A DNA stretch of 64,000 bases, taken from assembly GCF_030028105.1 (NCBI RefSeq), contig NC_092391.1, positions 41,947,223 through 42,011,222 on the forward strand. The letters run 5' to 3'. The position numbers and the translations under genes are program-made. The notes under the pieces were generated by a model. It was given only the letters and a program-made list of their open reading frames with translations. It searched no databases and had not been told where the DNA came from. Source of the stretch: Mobula birostris. Its lineage: Eukaryota. Positions 1 through 13,080 of the stretch are shown piece after piece. The number at the start of each line of letters is the position of its first letter. The stretch's first letter is position 1.

Positions 1-760
1 TTATCCAAATTTTTGATATAGACTGTAAACTGCTGGAGCCCCAGCACTGGACCCAGTGATACCCTACTAGCACAGTCACAATGATATGTCTCCATGTTTC
101 AACTCTGCTCTCTGTCCATTAACCAATGTTCAGACCACTATGGTGTGTACCCCCAATGATATGCTCTCTTTTTAAAATAACTTTGTGGCATATTTTCAAC
201 AACTTTTTGAATGTTCAGATACAAAACATCCATTGTTTGGCCCTTATCTTGTTAGTCCTAACCTTAAAAAAATGGATTTGTCAAATATGATTTCCCTATC
301 ATAAATCCTTGTTGAATATGGCCAATCCTATTATTCGATGTTTAAGTATGAAAATAGATCCCAGCATTTCCCTACCACTGGTTTATACTTCCCTGTTTCC
401 TTTTATATTTAATGGGGATATCTTCCAAACTTTTCGAGAACCATTCTAGAATCTCTGTAATTTTAGAAGGTGACAACAGTACTTCAACAGGCTCTAGTGA
501 AATATTTAAAAATATGATGCAGGTCATTGGGTCCCAGGGATTAATCCCTTTCAGTTCCATTGATTATAATTGCTTACTAATACTAAGGTCTTTGATCTCC
601 TTATTCACCATCGGCCTGTAGTTCTTTGCTTCTTTTTAGGATTGTCTTTTTCCATAAATGCAGGTACAAAATAGTCATTTCTTTCCCATTTCCTTAGTGC
701 CCAATAAAATATAATTGTCTCTTGCCTTGGTCTGTAAGGGATCTTTTCCTTTTTAACCTG
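1..760 (-). mobile_element. Highly degraded CR1 RT remnant
   Basis: Patchy similarity to the minus-strand CR1 at 48100-48970. Confidence 0.55.
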
Positions 761-1439
761 TCTTACAGGTTATATTTCATCAGGATGAATCACTTTCAGA
801 CTAAGACTACATTGGTTACCACCAATGATCCTCATGAAATGTGCCTGTAATTGCAGGGATTCCTATGGACTGTACCACACTTGGCTTCAGATCCCCATTA
901 TTCTAGTATAAAAGAAATTTTCTGATTACATTCTTGAATTTCCACCATTCACCCGAACCATCTCCACCCCATTACCTCTGGAAGGAGCCTTTCATAATTG
1001 GCACACATCTGTATTTTCCAACTCAGCTGACTAAACTTTGGCCCTCCATTCATTTTAACTTCTGTAACTATCAAACCCCTTAACTAAAACCCTTGATTCA
1101 ATTTTTCACTCCCTCACTATTAAAACCAAAATTGTCTTTCATCCAGACACTCCAGTTCCACAGCAATCAACTTTTCCAGGGCATGCAACCTTGATGACAA
1201 CAGCTGCCTTTTGCCCAAATGTAACTGCCCACCATTGATGCCTTCAAATGGCAAAGCCTTAATTTCCTCACTAATGCTACTTTACAACTTATTCCTTTGA
1301 ATAACATTTTGAGCGTGGCTTAATACGCCCTTTTCATTACACTCCATCAAGGCGTTTCTGTTTGGTTGAAAACCTCAAATAAACGGAAGGTGATGAATCC
1401 CCTTGTTTCTTTAAAACTCTTCCCGTGTCACTTCGTGGC

Positions 1440-1600
1440 TCTTATTATCCGTGAAATTAGGCAACGAGGCAAGGCGGGAGTCCAGCATGTGACCCGGAGA
1501 CAGCCAATCGCGTGGTTTGTTAGCGGGGTCGGAGGTGAAAGGATCGGATGCTGCGCTGGAGTGAGTGGCTGAGGTGAGTGCATGGTGAGGGGGTAGGTGC
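1440..1600 (+). promoter_or_regulatory. CpG-rich candidate promoter / non-coding first exon of POLE3
   Basis: Only CpG-rich non-repeat island upstream of POLE3. E2F-like GGCGGGA 1473-1479, E-box CATGTGAC 1486-1493, CCAAT 1504-1508, GTGAGT donors at 1561 and 1574. The POLE3 ATG exon begins with an acceptor, so an upstream exon is required. Confidence 0.5.
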
Positions 1601-4600
1601 CGTGTTTTCATTGTGGAGAAGCGTGTGTGGTACCACAGCTTTACAGTCGGGTTGGTGCCTGCAGAGAGTATTGGTCGTGTGGGACCGTTCCAGAATTGCT
1701 TGTTGCCCGTTCCCCGCTATCGGTGAAGAGGGTGGATGAGCGGTTCTTTCATGGGCCCGGTCAAGCCACAGTCACTGAGACAGAAAAGGGCCCAAACCGC
1801 TGGTATCCCCTGTCAGGGCAACTAGACCGGGGGTACACTCACAGACTCGGGGCTAGCTGCTTAAAACTGAGATGGAGTGTAGTGAATGAATCGGGAAGTC
1901 TCTGCGCCGCAGGGCTCTGGGAGCTCGGTCACATTGAGTTGATTCAATACATGCAAAAGATTTCTGTAAAGTGAGGGGATCGAGGGAGTCACAAGAAACT
2001 GCTGGAATCGGGTGTAGCACAGAAAGCGTGGAGGATCTCGGCGGGTCAGGCAGCATCTTTGAATGGAAATGGACAGTCGACGTTGCGGGTCGCGACCCTC
2101 TATCTTTTAGTCCAAAATACCATTTGCCTTAAATAACGCAGAAAATGCTGGAAACACTCATTCAGATAGCATTTGTGAAAAGGGAGCTGAAGTTAATATT
2201 TTTAGCTAATGTCTGTCTTCCAGATCACCTGCTTCACATTGGCCTTTTGTTTACAAGGACATCTAAATCCCATTGAACGTTATTACACAGCTCGTCATTT
2301 AAAAAAAAACAATCTTTGTGTTTTGACATTTCCCTAATGACAACCCCTAGATGTAACATCTACAAATGAAGAAATGAGTTTTGTTCCTGTCAGTTAGATT
2401 GTCCATATCGATCATGAATAACTGGGACACAAACACCATTTCCCTGCAATACCCAACTAGTCATTACAATCCAATAAAGTTTGCTTCTACATTTTGCTTT
2501 CTGTGATGACCATCTCTCAGGAGTATATTGTGTCCAATTCCAGGTGCTCTAATATTGTTGATCAGCCTCCCATGTAGGACCTTAAAAAAAGGAATATGCA
2601 ACATCTAATAATTTCCAATTAATCTATTTTAGAAGTCATATCCTTTAAGGACCTCAGTAGATAAATTTTCTATTCATAAATTCATGCTGTATGTTCAGTT
2701 CCATAATTCTTTATCAATAGTTTCTGTTATTACATTCTTTGTTTATGGATTCCAGTTTGTTCTCTGCTACCAACATTAGGCTTAGGAGTCTTTAGTTCCT
2801 TTGTTTTTCCTCTCCCAGTCTTAATTGGTGAAATCACAAAGTAGCTGCATCCCACAAGAAGAATTCCAGAATCTTTGGATTTTGGATAATAGGGAAAAGT
2901 ACAGCTGTCAGAAGAATAATTTTACCTTTCTCCACATTGTATTCCATCTGTCTTACTGCTACTCTTTCATTCTTACTATCTATCTTCTTGAAACTCTTTG
3001 CATCCTTATCACCACTCACATTCCTGCTTTGTTTTGTGTCATCAACAAACTTGTTTGAAGAACTTTGCAGTACTTTGAGGCTGTGAAAAACTTGACATCA
3101 GGATACAGCTTTATAGGTTTCTTCATGAGCTGCATAATATAAAATCCAAGAGTTAATGAGGTCTTGATATGAAATAATTTTCCCTGCATGCAGTTCAATC
3201 TCCATTTATTAGTAGAATATTTAAACTTCAAATAGATTACAGTACAGATGGATGCTGTTGGATATAAGTAAATAGAACTATGAAGAAAACAATAAAAGTT
3301 GGACCTTTACCTCTTGGTAGTTGAAGAAAATAAATGTAAGGACAACTATTAACATATTTTGATAAAAAATTATCAGCACAAGTAGTTGAAAAAGCATGGG
3401 GTTACCTTACAGAGTTCCTGGCTAAGGCAAAAACTAAATCAGCAATGAAGATCAGCTTGAATAGTGAATAATGAGAACAAAGTGTTTAAATGTTGGTGCA
3501 TCTCTTTGTGTAAATGCAAAAATGAAGTGGCTGCATCAACTGGCCTTTTTTCTAGTTTCTTTTTGATTCCTCTTAATGTTTTTAATATATCCTATATAAT
3601 TTTGGGTTAGTCATATATTTTTGAAGCGCATAGGTATGTCCTACAAACAAACATGGAATAAATCACTGATTAGAAATATGAAATGAGAGATAAATATTGG
3701 CCAGTGATCTTGTAAACATCCCCTACCTGCTCCACTGATCTTTCTTAAATACAGCTTTGAGATCTAACAGGCAAAGGGAGTATTTGTTTTAAAGTCTAAG
3801 AGAAAGCCTTTCTGGTAATGCCATACTTCTGTTTTACAGTAAAGCTGCTGACCTACCCAAACACTTGGTTCAGTAGATTAATAGGGTGCCTACTGACTGA
3901 TGATGTAGGTTTGCTTTGGATTTTCAGAGGTAGACACCAAATTAACTGAAACAAGGCAGCAAAAGTATGTTTTCCATTACATCTAACATTAAAAAAAAGT
4001 GAATAACAGAATCTCATGGTTTTACATCAAAACAATTTCTTAAATTCCTAAACAAGGAAATCTATAGATGCTGGAAATCCAAGCCATTTCTAACCCTAAC
4101 TCATGGGTTAACTCATTCCTAATCCATCGAGATTTAGATTGGCTGAAGCTAGGCATTCAGCATGTTTTCACATCTTGTCCACCTTATTCATGCATATAAT
4201 TACTGGCGCTGCAAACTTAATTTGCTTTCAGCAACAGACCTACCTTCGGATCCAGACTGTCTGCATCACATTAATTCTCATGCAAAGTACTTCTGTCCCA
4301 AATACATCACATTTGGTGGTTTTCCCACTATGGATTCATCTCTGTGGAACATGCACTATTTATATGTGTGGGAGCTGAACCTTAGCTTATCAGTTAAATT
4401 AGGAGAAGACACCAAAATGTAAATGTGCTGAAACTCAAAAAGCTACACATAATGAAACCTGAAATATGTATGCAAATATTAGCAGGACAGGTAGCATCTG
4501 TGGAGAATGAAAAATACATTTCAGATCAATGACTCTTCTTTAGAACTGGATAAAATGAGTAAAAATCATCTTCCTCAAAATCTCTGTGGATAAATATGTG

Positions 4601-5094
4601 CCTTGAAGAACATACTGGATCTCTCTCTGGCTATCCATCCCATAGGATGATGCTGGTACCTTTCAGTCAGTTAGTGGGGTTTAGGATACCCCACTCCTCA
4701 GAAAGGAACAGCATGTGCGTAAATGGATTTAGGTGAGTAGGGGGTTGCACAGGTCCAGACCCACCCTCTCGACAACCCCTCCCGGATCCAGTGGCATGGT
4801 GGGGTCCAAGACGGCTGGGGGAAGTTCTGTTGCAGTGAATGGCCAGGCCAAGCTTCGATGCAAGGGAGGCCCTTTCCACGCTTCACTGCACGTGTTTGCT
4901 AGATGGCCGTTGACCCTACGAGAGGGTTCATTCGCCCTTTGACAGGTCTTGTTTTTCATCCTGCAGGGTGTCTAACCACCCTCCTCAGCAGGCAAGCCTG
5001 GTGGGGGAGCCGGTTTAGTCGCTGACCACCCGACTATGCGACAGGTAGTACTGGGTTACATGGTACCAATAGCACTCAGACAAGTGACCTGACT

Positions 5095-7353
5095 GGATAC
5101 TGGATATACCCAAAGCAAAAGCCATGGATGAACCAGGAGATTCATAATCTGCTGGGGGTTAGATCTGTGCTGTTCAAAATTGTTGATCCAGAACTATAAA
5201 GAAGTTCAGATCCGACCTGTGGAGGCCTATCTTAAGAGCAAAAAAACAATGCTGATTGCAGCTAGAGACAAATCAGATGCATGGCAGCTTTAGTGCAGTT
5301 TGCAGGCCATGACTTCCTACAAAGCAAAGCCTAACATTGTGAATGGCAGTGATGCTTTAGGCCCAAATGAGTTCAACACCTTTTATGCATGCTTTGAAAG
5401 GAAGAATGAGACTACGTCTTTGTGAATCCCTGTGGTCTCTGTCTTGGAGGCCGACATCAGAACATCTTTCAAGAGAGTGAACCCTCGCAAGGTGTCAGGC
5501 CCTGATGGTGTACCTGCTAGAGCTCTGAAAACCCGCGCCAACCAACTGGTGGGAGTGTTCAAGGACATCTTCAATCCCCCTCTGCTGCAATGGGAGGTTC
5601 CCAGCTGCTTTGAAAGGGTGAGATAGATCAGCTTGTTGAGCGGTGCCACGGCAATAACCTTGCATTCAACGTCATTAAGACCAAGGAATTGATTGTGGAC
5701 TTAAGGGAGGGTAAGTTGAGGAAATACATACCAGTCCTCATCAAAGGAGCAGAAGTGAAGAGTGAGCAGTTTCAAGTTCCTAGGTGTCAGCATTTCTGAG
5801 AGATTATCGTGGGCTGAACATATTTGATGCAGTTACAAAGAAGGCATGACAGTGGCAATATTTCATTAGAGTTTGGGAGAATTAGTATGTCACCAAAGAC
5901 ACTTGCAAATTTCTACAGATGTACCGTGGAGCATATTCTAACTGGTTGCATCACCACCTGGGATGGAGGGGTCACTGCACAGGATCGGAAGGGCTGCAGG
6001 AAGTTGCAAACTCAGCCAGCTCCGTCATGGGTACAGTACTAGTCACCCCAGCGTCCAGGATACCTTCAAAAGGTGATGCCTCAAAAAGGTGTCATCCGCC
6101 ATTAAGGAACCCCGTCACCCAGAATGTGTCCTCTTCTTGTTACTATCATTGAGGAGGAGGTACAGGAGCCTGAAGACACACACTCAACATTTCAGGAACA
6201 GTGAATCTATGCCTTCAGATTTCTAAATGGACGATGAATCTATGAACACCAGTATTTTTTTGTCAAAGTAAAACAAAGTTCAAAGTAAATTTATTATCGA
6301 AGTATATATATGTCACCATATATGAGCTTGAGATTCATTTTCTTGCAGTCACACTCAATAAATTCATAATAGAATCAATGAAAGATCTGCACCAACTTGG
6401 GCTTTCAGCCATTGTGTAAAAGACAACAAACTATCCAAATACAAAAAGAAAGAAAGAATAATAAATAAAGAATAAATATCGAGAACATGAGATGAATAGT
6501 CCTTGAAAGTGAGTCGACAGGTTGTGGGAACATTTCTGTGAGGGGGCAAGTGAAGTTGAGTGAAGTTACCCCTTTTGGTTCAAGAGGCTGATGATTGAGG
6601 GGTAATAATTGTTCTTGAACCTGGTGGTGTGAGTCCAAAGACTCGTGTACCACCTTCCCGATAGCAGCAGAGAGAAGAGAGCATGACCTGGGTGCTTGGC
6701 ATCCCTGATGTCGGATGCTGCTTTCCTGCGACAGTGTGGGCTTTACCATGATGGACTGGGCTGTATCCACAATTATTTGTAGGATTTTATGTCCAAGGGC
6801 ATTGGTGTTTCCACACCAAGCTGTGATTCAGCCAATCAATATACTTTCCACTACCCTTCTATAGAAGTTTGTCAGAGTTTTAGATGTCATGCCGAATCTT
6901 CACAAACTCTCAAGGAATTAGAGGTGCTGCCGTGCTTTTCTCGTAATCTCCTTTGAGTGCTGGGTCCAGGATACGTTCTCCAAAGTGATAACACTGAGGA
7001 ATTTAAAGTTGCTGACCCTCTCCACCTCTGATCCTCTGATGAGGACTGGGTCTTGGACCTCGGGTTTCCTGCTAAAGTTAATAATCAGCTTCTTAGTCTT
7101 GCTGACATTGAGTAAGAGGTTGTTATGGCACCACTCAGCCAGATTTTCAATCTCCCTTTGTGCTGATTCATCACAATCTGTGACTTGGCCTATGACAGTG
7201 GTGCCCTCTCTTTTTGCGTTACTTATTTAATTTATTTTTTAGTATATACCCATTATAATATATAGTTTTTATTACTATGTATTGTAATGTACTACTGCCA
7301 TACAACAAGTTTCACACCATATGCCAGTGATATTAAACTTGATTCTGATTCTG
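5095..7353 (+). mobile_element. Rex1/Babar LINE (internally deleted), interrupted at ~6270-7200 by an antisense copy
   Basis: PRKVSGPDGVPARALKTRANQLVGVFKDIFN and LANFYRCTVEHILTGCIT; (GATTCT)n tail at about 7340-7353. Confidence 0.8.
6275..7200 (-). mobile_element. Rex1/Babar LINE 3' fragment
   Basis: AAAGTTCAAAGT tail at the left end; closely similar to 41620-42355 and 51060-52600. Confidence 0.8.
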
Positions 7354-7799
7354 AGTGAAGTGTGTTTTCAGCTCCTCCCTGCACTGATTGAGTGGTGTGA
7401 TGTGATATCTGCCTTTCTCTCTCCACAAGCACAGCTTGACCTGTGATTTCCAAAGCTTCCTGTTTTTCTTTTTAAAGACATTGTCCTTAGTGGAAAGCCA
7501 TTGTCTAAAAGGCTAAAAAATGTATCACCAATCAATAATGCCTCAATACTGACACTATTTATCCAAAATAATAGGTCTTGGTCAGTGGTTGTACATATGG
7601 AGTTTTGAGAGGAATGCTTCAATTATTGGATATCACATCCTTAAAAAACTGAATTGCTTTCTTTAAGATCCAAAATACTGCTATACCCGAGTTGGGCAGG
7701 GCTTGTGAAGAGAAAAGGAAAGTTACTCATAGAACCTCAAAGCATGGAAGCCGGCTCTTCTGAGTACCATGTTCACGTTAACCACCAAGTACCCATATA

Positions 7800-9332
7800 C
7801 AGGGCCTTGTAAAAGTATTCAACCCCTATCCTTTGTTCACATTAATGTGTATTACAACTAGGGATTTTGATCTACTTAGCTGAGAAATTTTATTTGTGAA
7901 TTATGTGCTCCTTTTTTTTTCCACAGTAGAGCCCAAAAACGGGGGGAAATTGTAAAGCATGAAAAACTAAAAATTCAAAACCTGAAATGTCAGCAGTTCA
8001 AAAGAATATTCATCCCCCTTGTTCAATACTTAGTTAGTTGTACCACCTCTTGAAGCTATTACAGCCAGTAGTCTTTTTTGGATAAATATTCATTAGCTTT
8101 GCACAACATAACGGAGCAAGATTTGCCATTTCCTCCTTGCAAATTGTTTAAGCTGTGCCAGGTTAGTTGGGGAGAGGTGGTAGTCATCAATCTTGAGGTC
8201 TTGACAAAGATGCTCGATTGGTTTAAGGACTCTTGACTGGGCCATTCAAAGACATCAATTTTCTTCATTTGAAGCCATTTCATGTTTACTCTGGCAGTGT
8301 GCTTTGGGCCATTGTCCTGCTGAAAGATGATCTTCCTCCCTAGTTTAAGCTTTCTGACCGAGGCTAGCATGTTTTTATCCAGAACCTCTCTGTATTTAGC
8401 AGCATTCATCTTCCCATCAATCCTGACCAGATTTCCAGTCCCTGCTGTTGAAAAGCATCCCCACAGCATGATGCTACCTTCACCATACTTTACAGTAGGG
8501 AATGGGTTTAACTAGTATTGAGGTCAAGAAGTTCCACTTTAGTCTAATCTGACCACAAGACCTTCTTCCACATCTTTACATTATCTTGCATATGACGAGG
8601 GAAGGATATTCTATCTTTAGCCAGGGCTTCTTTGCCACTCTTCCATAAATAGCCTTTTTGTGCGAGGCCTTAGAGATTGTGGAGCCGTGAACTTCATCTC
8701 CGGTTATAGCCGCTGACTTCTGCAGCTCACTCTGACTGGTGGCGTCACAATAGTCTCTCTTAGGAGTGCCCACAACTAGGTTAAGAGGAGTGGCCTAACC
8801 TAGGCAGTGTGGCTGCGGTTTCATATTTTTTTCCCACTTTTTCATAAATGGACTGCACTGAGCCCTGAGGTAGGCTCAGTGCCTTTGAGATGGTCTTGTA
8901 CCCTTCCCCAGATTTGTGCATCTCTATTATCATTTCCCTGACTTGTCTCAAGTGCTCTTTTGTCTCCATTTTGTTGGAAAATCTACCATACTGTTGGAAC
9001 TCAGAGAGAGGGGGTATTTATTCTTATGAATTAATTGAAAACAGGTGATCCTCCAGTTTTCTACATTAAAAGATTGGGTGAGTGGGTAAGGTAATACAAT
9101 AGCTTATAGCACCTAAGGAAAGTTAGCATAGTAATAACAAAGGAGGTGAATATTTTTTCAGCTTTACAATTTTTGTATTTTTAGTACATTGTTGATAGGT
9201 TTTGGAATTTTTATTTTGATTTGACGTGATGCACAGCGTTTTGTAGATTAGCTCAAAAAATCCTAAGTTTAGAAAATGAGACAGGGAATTGTGAGAATAG
9301 TTGTGGGGGCTGAATACTTTTTCAAGACACTA
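7800..9332 (-). mobile_element. Tc1/mariner DNA transposon, full length but frameshifted
   Basis: TA-flanked TIRs CAGGGCCTTGTAAAAGTATTCAACCCC / GGGGCTGAATACTTTTTCAAGACACTA. Transposase pieces from ATG 8969 (G.GYKTISKAL, MLWGCFS, FQQDNGPKH, WPSQ). Confidence 0.92.
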
Positions 9333-9639
9333 TATACCAGCTTTTCTCAACCTTTTTGCCCTGTTGGAACCCTTGAAATAATTTTCAGGTCTCGGGGAAT
9401 CCCTGCATATAAATGATTGATTATAGCTAAAAGTCATGGTACGCTAGAGTGATCAGTACATTGTATATATAATAGTTCAAAAATAATTGTCAATACTCTT
9501 GAATAGAGAATGAATTTGTAGCCAACCTTTCTTGAAAAAGAGAACAGATAGTTAAGCTTGGCTTACCTTTTTTGAAATTACTCTCTCTTTTATAAATTTT
9601 AAAAACTCATAAGGCAAGCATAATAAATTACTCAATTCT

Positions 9640-10040
9640 GGGTTGTTGGCGACCGAGATTGAGGTCGAATCGTTTTGACAGAGATGGCGCTCAATGCTCG
9701 GTGTCGGAGAGCTGATCAGAGCTCGAAGTTTTCGGATGACTCAGAGTCGGACTGTGGTTAGGTGTGGCAGGGAGAGTTTTTCTTCCTTCTCCCGTCTGCG
9801 TGAGTTGTGGAACATTTGAGAGACTTTGAACTTTTTACTGTGCTCATGGACTTCTTCATCAAGTTATGGTATTGTTGCACTGTTGTAACTATATGTTATA
9901 ATTATGTGGTTTTGTTAGTTTTTTTCAGTCTTTGTCTGTCCTGTGTTTTGTGATATCACACTGGAAGAAATATTGTATCATTTCTTAATGCATGCATTAC
10001 TAAATGACAACAAAAGAGGACTGCGTGTCTTCATAATCTA
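9640..10040 (+). repeat. Unclassified non-autonomous repeat with Rex1/Babar-like 3' end, inside the hAT
   Basis: Interrupts the hAT coding remnant; 3' half resembles the LINE tails seen elsewhere in the window. Confidence 0.45.
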
Positions 10041-10524
10041 ATTTGAGATAAGAACACATGGATTTAACCTTCAACTGAAATGAGGTGATTTCTAGCCTTG
10101 CTCTTGATGCTTGTTAAACAAGAAAAAGCTTGCTCACACGTGTAAGAAGTTGAAAACTGCAGCAAAATGTTCATTGCTTTCCTATGAATGGCAGGATACT
10201 CTTCTTTCACGGAAATTCAGAACTTGTCCAGAGGCAGGTCAGTAAATCTCATTTTGAGTGCATGATCAGAGTGCAGCTCACAAAGTTCTTCCTCTTCTCT
10301 CAAAGTAAAGTTCTCAGGCTGAGTAGAAGACTCAGAGAAAGGGTTCCTCACCCAGTCATACACTTGTGTTAAAATGGAGGGTAAATACTGTTCAGTTTTG
10401 TTCTGCAGTTCTTCCAGGTGGTTTTCAATAAGACTCGAGGCTTTCTGATATCCTTCTTCACTCTCAAGCCCAAGCAGCAGTAGAAACCTTTCAAGATGTC
10501 CTTTTACAACATGATTTTTCTAAA

Positions 10525-11247
10525 TGTTATGTACCAGCAGCAATAGATATGAAATTGAGTCGGATTTTTATAAATAAACAATGAAATTTATTAATCTCTA
10601 CTCAAAAACATAGAAAAGTAAACAAACAACTAATTTATACAGAAGTTAACAGTGTTGTGCATCTATAGTTATCAAACAATTGAACTTAGAGACAATTCTT
10701 AACAGATCTTACTCAAGCGCAGTCTTAAAGTGGTAGTTCAAAGAGTCCAAGTGATTTATGAAATAAATGAGAGGAGAGACTTCCCGAACCTGCGATGAAG
10801 AAAAGCGGAAACTGCTGACGCATATCCCAGCCAAGAAATGCCTTGTCCGAAGAAAACACAAAGAATAAGATTTGTCACAGTAATTGACCTTTCGCAGGAG
10901 GTGGTCAACACACAACGCCCAAGACCATGCAGGGGTTAACCAAAAGTGTGTGCCACAACGCCTGTATGGACCATACCAAATGTCAGTCACATTCAAGGCA
11001 CACAGAACGCTGTTGATTTCTTGGGTTTATACGAAGCTGGTAAATTTCACTCTCGCTCTGTCTTTCCTCGATTATGTAACCACTGACTGTGACGCCCCAA
11101 CAAAACAACTACGCAACAAATTGCAGTTTCGCCTTTTATACCAGTTGGAACATGCCATCACGTGACATCACATCACCCCTCTATCATGAGACAATTACAT
11201 CATGCCCATCAGGAGATAATTACATTATGCTCACAGGACAGGTAACA
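10525..11247 (-). mobile_element. Solo LTR (Gypsy-like), 723 bp, inside the hAT
   Basis: TGTTA...TAACA termini and 4-bp TSD (T/C)AAA. Minus-strand TATAAAA at about 11134-11140 and AATAAA at about 10587-10592. The hAT reading frame resumes across it. Confidence 0.78.
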
Positions 11248-11894
11248 CAAAGATTCAGTTTCCTTTTAAATCCAGGAATCTTGGCGCTTGAAGTCAAAAC
11301 ATTTTCTCCAGGGCTTTGAAGAGACTTGTTCAACTGGTTCATGTGATGAAGAGTATCTGTTAAGTAGGCTAGTTTTTGTAGCCATTTGTCATCTTCAAAG
11401 CACTTAGCAAAATCTGGCCTACTATTTTCTCAAAAGTAATCCTGCAATTCACCTTTCAGCTCAAACACCCTGTTGGAACTCTTCCTCTGTTAAACTACTG
11501 GATTTCTGTCTGCAGCAGGAGATTAGTGTGCTCTTTGTCCAGGTTTTCACACAGTTTTTAAACATTCTCAAGTGAACTGGTCTTAAAACTACTACATATG
11601 TTACATCCTGAAATTTTTTACTGACTGTGACTTTATTTTCAAAAGCTTTAATCTGTTTGTTTTGAAATTCCAATAGTCATTTAAGATAATCAGCACTTTT
11701 ACATGTCTTATGGCTGTGATTTGTAGTTAGGTGTCCTGTCAGTTTTGCTGGAGCCATTGCTACATTTGTAAGTTGTTTGCCACAGACTAGGCACAATGGA
11801 ATAAGACAACTTGGATCACCAGCCCATGTAAAACATATGGATAAGTAGCTTTCATTTTAAAGATATAGTACCATCTGATTACTTTAGTCCCACT

Positions 11895-13080
11895 CACTGC
11901 TTTTGTCTCCAGGACCCAGAAGGCTGGTGAACTTCTGGGGCAACAGGAGGTGTTGGGTCTCTGTTGTGGTCCTGAGTCTTCCAACCACGGAGGATGGTCA
12001 GTCATTGGTGTATGTGCGCACCCAGCCTGGCGGCTCTCTGCCTCAGGATCACCCCCCTCCCCCATCCCCCAAGATTGAAGGCACCAGCAATGTACTTTCT
12101 CTGGCACAAGGCTCCCAGCAGACAGCATCAGCTACACCGCTTTGAGGAAACTGCCTCGCTTTTACTGAGAGCTGTTGAGGGTTTGGGTTTGTGCTTTGTG
12201 CTCTACCTGCAAGGGGGACTGGTCCCCATCCTATCACAGTGGGTGTCAAGAGGGCTTGGGCAAGTGGAGGGGATCTAGCTGCACCACCACCACCTGATGG
12301 GCCAGAAGTTCTCCCAAGACCCAGGCCTCGAGACACCATGCAGGAGAGGGTCCCACACAATGTGAGCCATCTTGCGGCAATGCCCACCATGCCCTTCTGT
12401 GACATTCCAAAATGTTCCATGTACAGGCTGCTCCTGCACACCTTTCACTTCCTTGCCTTTGTCTGCCAACCAGACTCGCCTTTGCGATCTGTTTTGCCTT
12501 CTGATGGGGAGCTTTTCCCTGTACATTAGGGACCTGGGGTGGAAGATGTTGCGTAGAGCAGTACCATGCAACAAGTTTTTAAGCAGGTTCACGGACGTCC
12601 TGTCCATTCGGTGGCCGGGCGGAGTCAGTTTACCATTCTTATAGGGAGTGTGGGATGTTGCAGCCCCTGTTTGCGTAACTGAAGGGGCTGCTGCTCAGGT
12701 TCTGTTCGGACATCAGCCCAGTGCTCCTCATATATGGGCACCCAGTATGGAAGGGGGTGGGTTGCAAGGAGGACCGACTGATGGGTTTGCTCCTGGGCCT
12801 GGCCAAGAAAGCCATTCTAAGTCTAGGCAGCAGAAAGTCTAGGGCTCTGCCAGGGCCGACTGCCTGCCCCTCTTCTGAGTATACATTCATGCTGGCTGTC
12901 CTTGGAGAGGGAGCATGTGGTCATAATGGGTACAGTGGGGGATTTCTGGGGGCGGTGGGGCCCCCCCGGGGAATTGACTTTTATAAACAGTAGTAATCAT
13001 ATTTTAATCTGAATTTGTTCACTGTCTTGTAAGTACTTAATGTTTGTACGTTGTGTATTTGTTGTGTAAAAAAACTTTTA
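11895..13080 (+). mobile_element. Tx1-type L1 3' fragment inside the hAT
   Basis: GC-rich remnants EDGQSLVYVRTQ and DLGWKMLRRAVPCNKFL, then AT-rich 3'UTR and short A tail. Confidence 0.6.

Noticed and set aside
4660-5090. GC-rich block, possibly the 5'UTR of a LINE
   Set aside because: Could not assign a family, termini or TSD from the sequence alone.
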